Assembly: GCF_001194135.2 (NCBI RefSeq)
Contig: NC_068981.1
Coordinates: 9,047,508-9,111,507, forward strand
From: Octopus bimaculoides
Lineage: Eukaryota
Direction: 5' to 3'
DNA length: 64,000 bases
The notes beneath the pieces were generated by a model that searched no databases, had not been told where the DNA came from, and saw only the letters and a list, made by a program, of their open reading frames with translations. A program made the position numbers and the translations under genes. Numbering within the stretch: position 1 is the first letter of the stretch; every line of letters begins with the position of its first letter. Positions 22,479 to 34,576 of this stretch are shown here, piece after piece.

Positions 22479-23320
22479 GTAAGTTGAATGACCAGATATC
22501 TTATTTTTGACGATTCATTTGAAATTAGGTCACAATAATCAGTTCAGCTTTTCGATTGTCATTTACCTGCATCTTAATGAGTTTTTATTGGTCGTCTCTT
22601 CTATTTGCCTGCTTATTTTTATTTCATTAAAACTTGTAATTAAAGTGTTGTATTTCAATTGAAACTTTTTCCTATGTAGTTCAGCTTAAGGAATTCACAT
22701 GCTAAAAACCTATTATTCTACTGTAATCACCCCGCCCCCACTCCCCATCATCAGATAGAGCACCCTCAACTATTCTTTGACCCTATGCTGTGCACTCCTT
22801 GAAGCAACATGTTGAAGACAGCCTGGTTAAGCAGTTGGAGAGCAACCATCGAGATGAGCAGTAACTCCATTAGCATGGGGTCGAATTGGGTTCCATGAAC
22901 TACAGCAAAAGAAACCTGCCTAGGACACGTAGAGAGGGGACACTTTATTCCTGACAAACAGCCTCTTCCCTGCTGGTCCATTTATTTATTGCAGTGACTT
23001 TTATTCTTATTAATTATACTAACCCACTTCTACTGCTGACAAAGAAAATTTAGGGAGTTCTTACTCCTGCTGGCAGCAAATGGATTGTCAGATCATATAA
23101 TTGTATTTGAACAGTGACATTACACAGTAGCATTACATGGGCTTAAATACAGAAGATTTTTTTATAGTTGTGTTTGAAGAGCAATACCACATGGTAGTGA
23201 AACATGGCTATTGATTAGAGAAGATTTGTGAGGTGTACAAATAAATAGAACAAGCATGCTTGGCTACATGTGTAACATTTGTGTTTGTGAATGATGGAGC
23301 AGAAATTGGTTGAGAGAAAA

Positions 23321-23553
23321 GGCGGTGAGCTGGCAGAAGTGTTAGTACGCCGGGCGAAATGCTTAGCGGTATTTCGTCTGCCATTACGTTCCAAGTTCAA
23401 ATTCCGCCGAGGTCGACTTTGCCTTTCATCCTTTCGGAGTCGATAAATTAAGTACCAGTTACACATTGGGGTCGATGTAATTGACTTAATCCTTTTATCT
23501 GTCCTTGTTTGTCCCCTCTATGTTTAGCCCGTTGTGGGCAATAAAGAAATAAC
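23321..23553 (+). mobile_element. Full-length tRNA-derived Deu/Nin-domain SINE with a perfect target-site duplication
   Basis: A-box tggcagaagtgttag, B-box gttcaaattcc, core gcctttcatcctttcggagtcgataaa. 18-bp TSD aaattggttgagagaaaa at 23303-23320 and 23554-23571. Confidence 0.9.
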
Positions 23554-24199
23554 AAATTGGTTGAGAGAAAAGGCATCAGATATGATGTGTTTGATAGAAA
23601 ACAGAGCTGTGATGTGTGCAGAGGATCGCAATTGAAATAGAAGGAATCTGAAGACAAGGAAGAAGTGGTAAAGCTGAGTTGAACTCCAAAGACTGAACAG
23701 CACAAAGGATTGTTACCAGTGGGGAGATGCTATATTGGGGAAGGGGTCATATCCAGTGAGAAGGAGGCGTGTGGCAAAATGCTACACTAAGGAAGACCTG
23801 TCCAAACCATACAAGTTTAGGGGATAAAAGAGGATGCAAAATGATAAAGAAATCAGCTGACCTGCGTAAAGGAATTTCCTTGTGAATATTTCAACCTGGT
23901 TTTGTTAAGTTAGTTTGGACAATCTAAAGAATGGGTAGTCGTGGGGTAAATGGTTAACAACCAGCTGTTAAAGGGGGACTCAACAATCTACAATGTTTGC
24001 ATATTCACCTTAAGATTGAAAAAGTGACAAAAATCCTAGAATTTTCAATGATTTCTGATGTTGCCATTATTTGGTCTGGTGGCATTTCTACCTCTGTGGT
24101 GCCAGATGAAAGGAATAGGTCAAGAAGGTAATATAGACTTCTAAATATTGGATTATTTGTTGAGCTGTTGAAAATTTACAGTTAAGGACCGAAGGGAAA

Positions 24200-24795
24200 C
24201 CCCAATCTAGATATAACCAAGGAAGATCTGAGACGAGGTGGTGAAGCATGACCTTCGAACATTCGGCCTTACAGAAGCAATGACAAGAGACTGAGACCTC
24301 TGGAGATATGCTGTGGTTGAGAAGATCTGGCAAGTAAAGTGAGATTGCAGCCATGGCCAATGCCAGTTTTGCATAACCAGCCCATTCCAAAATACTCTTG
24401 AAGCATCAGGAGATTTAATGTGCTTGAAAAGACCTGTTGAGTCAAGAGAAATCGTAGTCGTGGCCAGTGCTGCCTGACTGGCACCCATGCTGGTGACATG
24501 TAATAAGCACCATTCAAGTGTGGGTTGATACTAGTGCTGCCTGACTCCCCATGCCGGTAGCACATAAAAAGTACCATGGTTGATGCCAGTGCACCCTGAC
24601 TGGCTCCCATGCTGGTGGTATGTAAGAAGCACCCACTACACTCTCAGAGTGGTTGGCATTAGGAAGGGCATCCAACTGTAGAAACCTTGCCAGATCAGAT
24701 TGGAGCCTGGTGCAGCCTACTGGCTTGCCAGTCCTCAGTCAAACTGTCCAACCCATGACCGCATGGAAGTGGACATTAAATGATGATGATGAATC
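24200..24795 (+). mobile_element. 5'-truncated RTE (ORF end, modular UTR, (GAT)n)
   Basis: DEVVKHDLRTFGLTEAMT remnant, three ggt(gg)cacgtaaaaagcacc-like modules, and the tail. Confidence 0.85.
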
Positions 24796-24895
24796 TTGGC
24801 TGCTTGCAACAACCTTTGGCTAAATTTCTATTCTGATTCTGCAAAAGTTATTCTAAGACAGTACTAATTTCAGTATTGTTTCTTTTATTTTTCAG

Positions 24896-24964
24896 GTGAA
24901 GAAAAAGTAGTTGTACAGAAGAAACATCGTAATTTTATTGAAGAAATTGATGCAAAATCCAGAG
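24896..24964 (+). CDS. ORC6: ORC6 exon 6 (SEEKVVVQKKHRNFIEEIDAKSR)
   Basis: tttcag acceptor, gtaaaa donor, 69 nt. Phase fits on both sides. Confidence 0.8.
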
Positions 24965-25501
24965 GTAAAAGACTTGTTGCAATTCTTAGTTTCTTCTGTA
25001 ACTGAACTGTTGTTTGAACACTGAATCTGCAGCATGGAGTTGTGACTCATTAAAATGGTTTCATATTTGCATGTCAGGATATTTAGTCTGATCCTCACCT
25101 TGACGAAATCTTCGTTACAACTGGAGAAGAACAATCCAAAAGATCTGCCAATCGTCCGTATCCCTTCAACCTGTTCAATCAGGACCAACTTGGAGCTGTT
25201 GTACATTGGAAATTAAACGATGCAAAGGAAATGTGATTCCTAAAATAGTCAAGATTTAGATGGCTCCCTTGTATTGTTGCTCTGACTGAAAACCTCTCCC
25301 CTATTTCTTTGTTTAACACCAATTCTTGTGCTTCTCTGCTGCTACATCTAACCCTGTGCATGTCACACATCAAAGATTTAAGTATTGGCCATATATGGTT
25401 AAAATCTTGTTCTCTCTGTCGATTTCAGTTTCAGACCAATATTATTTTCACTTTCAAGCAATTTTTGGTTTAATGTTTTCTGTGACTTCTTTAATTTCTA
25501 G

Positions 25502-25626
25502 AATTTGAACCAACTTCTAAGAAAGCATTGATTGAGACTGAAGAACCAGCTCTTAATTATGAAGAATGGAAGCGAAAAATTTTAGCAACAGCAACAAGAG
25601 CAGAAAGTAAGTCTTACAATTTGTAA
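25502..25626 (+). CDS. ORC6: ORC6 exon 7 (EFEPTSKKALIETEEPALNYEEWKRKILATATRAESKSYNL*); internal donor after 25606
   Basis: ttctag acceptor. YEEWKRKIL is the conserved ORC6 C-terminal motif. Stop at 25624-25626 gives 253 aa; AATAAA at 25777. Confidence 0.93.
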
Positions 25627-26174
25627 AAGATGATTTTATTAAAAAAAATTTTTGTATTCTCCTTATTTTGAATGTCTTGATCAAGTTTCAGTATTATATT
25701 TTTGTTGTATAAAGCTGTTTATTAGCATTACATGTTATATATATATATAATTATGTGTATTTCTTCTATCTTAATGAATAAAAATTCTTCTGATCGAATA
25801 AATGGGTTAATAGAAACCAATGTAGCAAAGAACACAAAATAACTGTGGTTTAGTTCCTGTTTTTAAGGCAGGAACTCCTTGAAATTTTGGGTATTTGAGT
25901 ATATTTAAGAATTTAAGGATTGGAGAAAACGCATGTTATAATTGCATACTTTATTCCTACATATGTTTCAAAGGATTACAACCTGTGTGATCCNNNNNNN
26001 NNNAAGAACACAAAATAACTGTGGTTTAGTTCCTGTTTTTAAGGCAGGAACTCCTTGAAATTTTGGGTATTTGAGTATATTTAAGAATTTAAGGATTGGA
26101 GAAAACGCATGTTATAATTGCATACTTTATTCCTACATATGTTTCAAAGGATTACAACCTGTGTGATCCATAGG

Positions 26175-26207
<33 letters not shown>

Positions 26208-26209
26208 GC

Positions 26210-27040
26210 ATGACCTTCAAACATTGGGCCTCACAGAGGCAATGACAGGAGACCAGGATCTTTGGTGATACGCTGTGATTGAGAAAACCTAGCAACTAAA
26301 GTGAGATTGCAGCCTTCCATGTCCAGCTCTGTTAAGAATACCCCTGCCATGTTGGGTGACATGATATGCTTGAGAAGACCCGTTGAGTCAAGTAAAACCA
26401 ATATCATAGCTGGGGCCAGTGTCCCATGACTGGCTCCCATGCCTGTGGCAAGTAAAAAGCACCAACCAAACATGGCCGATGCCAGTACCCCCAGACTGGT
26501 TCCTGTGCCGGTGGCATGTAAAAAGCACCATCTGAATGTGGTCCATGCCAGGTCCACCTGACTGGCTCTCATTCCATCATCATCGTTTAACGTCCGTTTT
26601 TCATGCTGGCACGGATTGGATGGTTTGACTGGGAACTGGCAAGCCGGGCAGCCACACCAGACTCCAGTCTGATTTGGCAGAGTTTCTACAGCTGGATGCC
26701 CTTCCTAATGCCAACCACTCCAAGAGTGTAGTGGGTGCTTTTTATGTGCCACTGGCACAGGGGCCAGCAGGTAGCACTGGCATCAGCATTCTACGTTTAA
26801 TCCCTCTTATACTCAACTTTTTTCTCAACACAGTTGTGCTTTTTCATTCATGCAATCCAATTTTGCAAATCCGACAAAGCCTACTACCTTCATTCCTCTC
26901 CAGCCTACGCATGTCCTCCACATTCAGAGCCCATGTCTCACTACCATGTAGTATAGCTGTTCTCACACAAGCATCATACAATCTAGCTTTCACTCTGAGA
27001 ATCTTTTTGTTGCCAGCAGAAGTAGCAGCTCTCTGAACTT
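26210..27040. mobile_element. Opposed RTE 3' fragments: + copy 26210-26570, - copies 26575-26780 and 26890-27040
   Basis: The orientation of the module and tail motifs switches at the catcatcatcgtttaacg run near 26575. Confidence 0.75.
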
Positions 27041-27247
27041 CATCCTATTCTTATTCTAGAAACACTATATGTGGATTATATAACTCGGTTGCAGGAGACG
27101 AGTGTGTTTGTGTCTTAGAATTAAAAGTAGAATTCGATTATTATTAAAACTTAATATTTGTATTTGAAGTTTGTTTTTTTTTTTGTCCTACTTTTTATCT
27201 CCTCCATAATTGGAAATATTCTCATTTCTTTTTGTATTGTCTTCCAG

Positions 27248-27258
27248 GTGAGAACTGA
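27248..27258 (+). CDS. ORC6: Probable ORC6 alternative or extra terminal coding exon (..RAE-SEN*)
   Basis: Long polypyrimidine tract plus ttccag. Joining it to the GTAAGT donor at 25607 gives in-frame AGT GAG AAC TGA (250 aa). Confidence 0.55.
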
Positions 27259-27829
27259 ATGAATCATCAGCATCATTTAACATCTACATTCCATGGATGT
27301 CTTTAATGTTGTTTTAATTTTTCTTCTTGTCATATCAGCACATTCCACATTCTTTGAACTCTCCACTGCAGATCCATTTGTTTTCTTGAGAACAACCATA
27401 GGACTCACTTGGTGGCGGATAGGACTTGTAACCTTAACAATGTCTGTTCATCATCATCATCTAATGTCCATATGATGCTGTTATATGATTCAAGACTATG
27501 AGTCTCTGAAGTATCAGATATCTGAATCACTGTTTCAAAAGGATTTGTTGCAGCCAAACTGGGGACTAGCAGATGGTGCCACCTCTGGAGCTCTCTGTGT
27601 CACTCCTTGTATCCTAACAAATTTTTGAAGAGTTGTCATGACTGGAACCAACTCTGCTTTAAGGAACATTGATGGCGCTGGTTTCCATGGTTACAATTCT
27701 TGCTTCTGGAAATAGTTATCTTTCAGGCTTTACATCTGATCCTTGTGGAAGAAGTTTTGTAAAATCTGTGTCAAAATTTCTTTGATATCACAGAACTCAC
27801 AAAGGCAGTGAATGCATTTTTTCTCAGCA

Positions 27830-27960
27830 ACAAAGTGGAGGTGCATGGCCTAATGGTCAAGGAATTGGGTTTATGATCATAAGCTCAGATTTGATTGATT
27901 CTTGGAGCAGGTGATATGACGTGTCCTTGGGTAAGGCACTTCCTTTAATTGACTGGAATT
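27830..27960 (+). mobile_element. tRNA-derived SINE head, decayed
   Basis: ggaggtgcatggcctaatgg (A-box)...gtgtccttgggtaaggcactt (CORE-like). Confidence 0.5.
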
Positions 27961-28894
27961 GTGTATCAGTTTTGGGCTAAGTTGGTTCTCTCCCTTTTAG
28001 ATGTCATATCTTTAGTGTTCCACTGGATGAAGGATGGAAGAGCCAATAAAGTGTCTGTCTGTATCTGCTTGTGACTATACAGGCACCTTAACCAATTAGT
28101 GAAAGCATGGTACATACTACCAAGCCATACTTGTTTGTGAGAGTGATGGCTATGATTATATATTTTTTTGTTAGCCTTTTTCATTTGAGTCTTGTTAAAG
28201 AAAAAAAAATTACCAAAACCCAAAACTTGCTTTGCTTCACTGAAGAGATAAGAAATCATGTCTGCAGTTGTTGTCCTCCATATCAGCATTGTCTCCCTAT
28301 CCTTGATAACAATTCTTTGTCATACAGCAGATACAAAGAACACACACACACACACACCCATAGAGTATGAGTTGATGATCATTTTCATATTACTTTTCCC
28401 CTGTATTCTAATTTTGTACATTAAATTTTGTTGGAAATAAAAATGTTTTACTGTTTGTTTTTCTCATTTTCTGTAACGTGTGTTCTTAAGCAACCTGACA
28501 CCAACCACTTTATAGCATGGACTGGTTGCATTTTTCATGTCATCCCCACTGTTGAGGTTGCCATGTAATTCACAACCGGACAGCAAGCCCTGAAGTAGGG
28601 AAGAGTCAGCTTTATACTTGTGGATGAGGGGATCTGCAGGAATGCTGACAACTAGCATGAAAAAAAGGGGGGGTGGAAAAAAACTGATCAGTACAAGCTG
28701 CTAGACAGATAATAGGGATAAGGTGCCCAGGTGACTCTACAAGACATAAGCTGGCTTGTAAGATAGTGTGGCAAAGTGAAGGAGGAGTGGGCTGGGGGCA
28801 GACTACCAAGATGGGTTAGGTTGGATGGAGCATAAGTTATGAGGCTGGGAATGATAGATATGCAGCACTGGAAGCACCTATCCTTCGTCATCTC

Positions 28895-29232
28895 ATATAT
28901 ACACATGGTTCCAGGTTCAGTCCCACTGCGTGGCACCTTGGGCAAGTGTCTTCTACTATAGCCTCGGGCCGACCAAAGCCTTGTGAGTGGATTTGGTAGG
29001 CAGAAACTGAAAGAAGCCCGTCGTATATATGTATGTGTGTCTGTGTTTGTCCCCCCAACATTGCTTGACAACAGATGCTGGTATGTTTACATCCCCATAA
29101 CTTAGCAGTTCAGCAAAAGTGACCCACAGAATAAGTACCAGGCTTACAAATAATAAGTCCTGGGGTTGATTTGCTCGACTAAAAGGCAGTGCTCCAGCAT
29201 GGCCACAGTGAAATGACAAACAAGTAAAAGAG
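28895..29232 (+). mobile_element. CORE-type SINE with internal microsatellite
   Basis: ggttcagtccc B-box, gcaccttgggcaagtgtc CORE-like block, internal (TA/TG)n, and 3' gcagtgctccagcatggcc..aaacaagtaaaaga. Confidence 0.8.
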
Positions 29233-29599
29233 TAATATATATATATACATATATACACACATATGCAAGAGAAAGGGATTAGAAATCCAGGTGAATGCTT
29301 TTAGGCAATCTTAGGAGTCAAACCTTGCTAATCAAATTGGCTAGTGAAAATCATCATCCACATAGCACATAAATTTACATGTCACTACCTGTCCAATTTG
29401 TAAATCCAAATTTCAAATGCAAAAGACTGAAGAGTTATTATTTTAATCAGCTTACAAACATTTCAGATATGCTGGTATAACACAATCCTGCAATTTATTA
29501 ATCATGCATATTAATTGATTAATATACATGATTGATTGCAGAATTATGTAATCCATGCATATAAGCTAATTAAAATGTCCAATTCTTCAGTCTTTTGTG

Positions 29600-29795
29600 T
29601 TCATATGGTGGTGCCACATAAAAAGCACCCAGTACACTCTGCAAAGTGGTTGGCATTAGGAAGTGCAGCATCCAGCTTTGTAGAAATCAAGCCCAAACAG
29701 ACAATGGCACCTGGTGTGGCCCCTAGTCTTAACAGCTCCTGTGAAATCATGTAACCTATGCCAGCATGGAAAATGGACATTAAGTGATGATGGTA
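29600..29795 (+). mobile_element. RTE-tail short copy
   Basis: ggtgccacataaaaagcacccag..ccagcatggaaaatggacattaagtgatgatg. Confidence 0.8.
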
Positions 29796-31081
29796 TATGT
29801 ATGTGTGTCTTGTCTTGACATCACATGGTAGTTGTAAAAGAGTGTCACTGTTATACAAACAGTGTCTGTCATGCATTTCCAGTGTATTCTGCATAAGCAT
29901 GTCTGGTCAAAGGGAAATATTACCTTACTTAAAAACATGCTTGGGTGGGTGGCAGGAAAGACATACTGCTTTTAATGGGTGGAGTAATGCATTTTAGGTG
30001 AGGAGGGGGAAGGGGTTGTTTTCATATGTGTTGCTCCACCAACCAAATGAAGGCATCCTTGCCAAAAACAGTATATATAAAGTTTGATGACAGAATGTAA
30101 ACTGAAACTTCACAGTCTCTGTCAACCTTTTCCTCATAAATATAGATGAAAATGAGGAGATAGAGACATATAACTTTGAGAAGAACTGGACTTAAAACAA
30201 CCTATTGAGGGCTTCTGAAAAGAAAGCAGCATAGAGGTGCTACTTGAAAGGACTATTAAACATAAAAATGAGGGTCTTGCTAGCTTTTGACTGTCAACTT
30301 GAATAGCTGGTCTCAACAGTAGGACCAGCTTTCCAACTTGGAAGTAGTATGAGAGATAAAGCAATTAAGAATCTGAAGAAAAGGAAAACCCCGTCCCCCC
30401 TGGAGATGCTTGGAAATCTTACAGAGTGGGGAAATGGCATAGTCACATGCATAGTTAATTAGGTTGCACAGGTATGTATCATAGCCAACAAGGGATGAAG
30501 AAGCATTTTATAGTCAGCTGGTACAAAGGTAAAGGAGATATCTTAGACACACACACACACACGTAAATGACCTAGAAATGGCAGCCAAATATCTCTCAGA
30601 TCTCACTCTGTCATCTTAAAAACAGAACACATTGGATGATGTAGTTCCAGACACTCTATGATTGAAAATAAATTCATTGATTATAGGTCTGCTTGATTCG
30701 TTCTGGTTTGGGATAAAAAAGGAAAAAGAGGAAGAACTGATTAGTGTTAGTAAGAATTGATTCTGTAATAATATTAACTGAAAGTCTGTATGTGTGGAGG
30801 ACATTTATTTAATTGCTCCCAGAACGATGATTACATCGTTCTGGGATCAGTAAAATATATTTCCAGTGATATACTGGAAGAGACTGAATATAAATATGAA
30901 CTATCCTAGATGTGACTGGAATTACGAGCGATTAAACGAAGAGATTTTGATTGTTTAAAAAGAAATCGACCGAACATGAAATAAGCAGTCGACATGTGTA
31001 ACTCTTCTGACGTGGAGTTAATTAGTCGATATGTGTGTAACTCTTTTTCACTTGGAGTATAGTTAAAGTGGTGTCGTGGTT

Positions 31082-31240
31082 ATGTCGTCGCAAACAACAT
31101 CGGAGGCGGAGCCGGGCGGCGGCGGCGGCACAACAACAACAACAACAGCGGCAGCAATTAAAGAAACCCCTTCTACAGTGTTTACAGAACAATTAATATC
31201 TGATTATGTGGAATACCTCAAAGTCGATTGTTCACTTGAA
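31082..31240 (+). CDS. BLOC1S4: BLOC1S4 exon 1 (MSSQTTSEAEPGGGGGTTTTTTAAAIKETPSTVFTEQLISDYVEYLKVDCSLE)
   Basis: CpG-rich start, 159 nt open frame, gtatag donor in phase 0 matching exon 2. Confidence 0.75.
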
Positions 31241-33351
31241 GTATAGTCATCTCTCTTTTATGTCCAAATATTTCTCTGTTTCATGTTTCCGCCTTATCAA
31301 ATATTTCTCAACTCACCACAAAATATTTCAGATCATCCTTTAGATATCATAATAATATATTTACTGTTGTTGTTATAATCAGCAGTTTTTAAGTTATTTC
31401 TTTTAATATTGGTCATCGATTTTTATGTTTAATTTAATTTTTTTTCTTTTGCAATTATTGAAGTCCCCGATATAAACAACGGGAACTTGAAATCAGTTTA
31501 TGCTTAATATCTTCATCAGGTATATATTTTGGTTACATTTGATTGATATAATCTTGGAATCTGGATTTATTTTACTTAATGATGATGATGATAATAATAA
31601 TAATTTTTAACTTACTACAAAACCAACTTTAATAGTGATGACACCTGCAATTATTTGAATTAAATATTCGTTTATCGTTGTTTGATTGAGTCTGGAGGTC
31701 CGAAAGGTAGAATCAAGGTGATGGAGCTTGAATTTGGAACCAAAACGAACAAACCTAAATAAACAACGTGCTACGCTTGTTCGACAATTCTTTCATCCTC
31801 ATCTGCCAACCATTTTCTTACTCATCACTAATAATAGTTTTATTCAAGTTTTCTACGAAACCACTCATTTCTGGGGTTGGGTTGCAGTTAATTAAATCGA
31901 CCTCAGACACCACTGTAACAATGGTGAGTTCTAACTTTGGTACTTGAGTCTCTTGAATCGAGCTCAGTACATTACTGAGGATATCTAAACACTGCTCAGT
32001 ACTTTACCGAGTCTGCCACCCACCATCCATTAAGGTCACGAATTTTGGGAAGGAATATAATTCGATTTAATGATCCTTAGTACTTAATTTGTTGGCTCTT
32101 AGAGGAATGAAAAACAGGAGTAGTGGACAACCTCACTTATGATAGCAATCAATAATTGTTATAGTTTTAAAAAATTAAACAGATGGGGCAACAGTAATTA
32201 AAAATAGGCAATCCTTCGGTATTGGTAGACATCATTCACAACCTTCCCTCATAGCACAAATAAAAAGGCTTGACTGCAAAAGAGGGTGAATGACATTGTT
32301 TCCTCATACCGACACTAAATAGACCAATACCGAATGATCACTAAAAATACTTTATTTTGACAATATAAGTAATGAAGTTCTGTCTCTGAATCCAGCTGAT
32401 CTCATTGGGGACTCGCTGATATGTCTTAAACAGATATTTCTACAAAGTGATTGCTGAGTCATGTCATTTAGTCCACAAAAACATGTTTAAGTTAACCCTG
32501 ATAAAGCAGACCTGTGATAAAAGGCTTTCTGGTCATGACTACTCTGTCTAGGAATACAATATTGAATGTACTTTGTCCTCATTTAAAACAGAAAGACATG
32601 ATTTAAGAAAGATTTGGTTGCTATTTCTAGCAGGTCGTTTGACCACTTACAGTCTCCCTCTATAAAGTCACTGTTATATTAATGTCTGGTGAAGGGAGAG
32701 AGAGATGCAGTTATGGGGAAGGGGTGTAGACAATGGGGAAGAGGAGGGAGAAGAGTGATGGTGGTGCACACCTTGTTAAGAATTGTTGTTGTAGCAGAGT
32801 AGACAGTTCCTCTGTGGTGATTGTCACATGTTGGCGAACAGAAGTTTCATCATAGAAAAGCTTTATTGGTGCAGATGTTTTTTTTGTTTTTTTTGTGTTA
32901 TTAGTCTTTGGTTGGTATCATTGTTAAAATGGTGGTGGCATTCCAAATTCAGCAGGAATTTTCTGTTTGTTCCCCATATTTAATTGTTGGACATTGTAAG
33001 TAGTTAATGGCAGAGGATATGTCAAGCACTTGTTGTTCTTCTAGAGTTTAGCCATTTCATCCAACATTGGACCTATTTTTACACTTATTAATGATACTAC
33101 CTATTCATTGTCACGTTATATCTACAGACGCTTAGGTCGTACTAGAAATGTGAAGATGGGAATGAAATTAGAAAGATAGCTTCCATATAACAATAAAAGT
33201 ATATTTTGGTAAAAAAGAATTGCAATTAAAATGTAAAAACCACATTTCAGTAAAATATCTCATAGTTAAAACAAATATGATATGTGGAGTGCATGGCTGG
33301 CAGTGAATAGCAGTGTTAGACTAACTCCTGTAAAATCTTGTTATTTTCCAG

Positions 33352-33423
33352 AAGACTCATTTTGCTGAGAGTATTGAAGAAATGCTAACAAAACTGGATG
33401 AGTTCTGTGGACTTGTTGATATG
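33352..33423 (+). CDS. BLOC1S4: BLOC1S4 exon 2 (KTHFAESIEEMLTKLDEFCGLVDM)
   Basis: ttccag acceptor, gtaaga donor. Corresponds to human cappuccino SLEE.LTRVDEFVGMLDM. Confidence 0.9.
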
Positions 33424-34064
33424 GTAAGATATGTGGCAGTCATTATTTATAGTGGCACAAGTCTGTACCTGGCAAATTGCTTCTACTTTTGTTGGTTTTG
33501 TATAAATTATAAGAAGGTTAATGATGATGGAAAACTAGTGAAATTGCTGGTAGATATATCGAGATTAACAAGGACAGACGGATTATCAGAAATTTCACAC
33601 AGCAAATTTTCACTGATTTTTGGTTGTATGGTTAAGAAGTTTGCTTCCCAATTACCTGGTTTGGGATTCAGTCCCAATACATGATACATTAGGAAAGGAT
33701 CTTTTATTATAGCCCTTTGTGGGGAAAGCTTTGTGAGGGAATTTGGGAAACTGAAAGAAGCCTCTCTTCACATCACATGAGAGTTGTAAATCACTAAAAG
33801 AATTTTTTTTTTGTTTCGTGGTTGATAAAGATGATGTAAGGGAAACAAATCTGTAAGATAACTTCAACTACCAGATTCTGTTCATACTTGAAGAACAATT
33901 TAAATGATTTGCTTTCATTGGCAGTTTCTTTATAAGAAATTTAGAATGTTCTTTCGATTTCAGATTGTTATTGTTGAATTAGGGAAACAAAGCAAAGAAG
34001 ATAAAGTTTCTTTTATTCAAATTTTGTATTTTCCTGTACTTTCCTTCTTAATATTCAGATAGTC

Positions 34065-34375
34065 AAACTATTTAGAAGAGTGGAGCGAGGTCGTTGCCAG
34101 TGCCGCTGGACTGGCTCCCGTGCAGGTGGTACATAAAATACACCATTTTGAGCGTGGCCACTGCCAGTACTGCGTGACTGGCCCTCGTGCCGGTGGCATG
34201 TAAAAGCACCCACTACACTCGGAGTGGTTGGCGTTAGGAAGGGCATCCAGCTGTAGAAACACTGCCAAATCAGATTGGAGCCTGGTGCAGCCTTCTGGCT
34301 TGCCAGTCCTCAGTCAAATCGTCCAACCCATGCTAGCATGGAAAGTGGACGTTAAACGATGGTGATGATGGCTAT
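34065..34375 (+). mobile_element. Young RTE 3' UTR copy (two modules)
   Basis: CpGs are intact and the sequence closely matches 35105-35355 and 37370-37840. Confidence 0.9.
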
Positions 34376-34520
34376 CGTAAATATGCTGTTGCTGTAAGCC
34401 AGTGGTGTATTTCTGTCAAACTGTCAAACTGTAAAATAGTCATGAATGTATGTACTGTAGCACATTTCTGTTTAACTAATCAACCAAGATTTATTGATTA
34501 ACATCTAGTTAACTGACATA

Positions 34521-34524
<4 letters not shown>

Positions 34525-34572
<48 letters not shown>
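34525..34572. repeat. (CT)n microsatellite
   Basis: Direct reading. Confidence 0.95.

Positions 34573-34576
<4 letters not shown>

Noticed and set aside
23321-23410. tRNA-like sequence
   Set aside because: It continues into a SINE body, has a TSD and forms no full cloverleaf. No true tRNA or rRNA gene was seen in the window.
25030-25390. Higher-complexity island with minus-strand ORFs in ORC6 intron 6 (similar cases at 21270-21510 and 22760-22990)
   Set aside because: No recognisable motif or exon boundaries; left unassigned pending a BLAST or Dfam search.
25828-26169. Exact 166-bp direct repeat (25828-25993 and 26004-26169)
   Set aside because: The copies flank a 10-N gap, so this is almost certainly an unmerged contig overlap rather than a real duplication.
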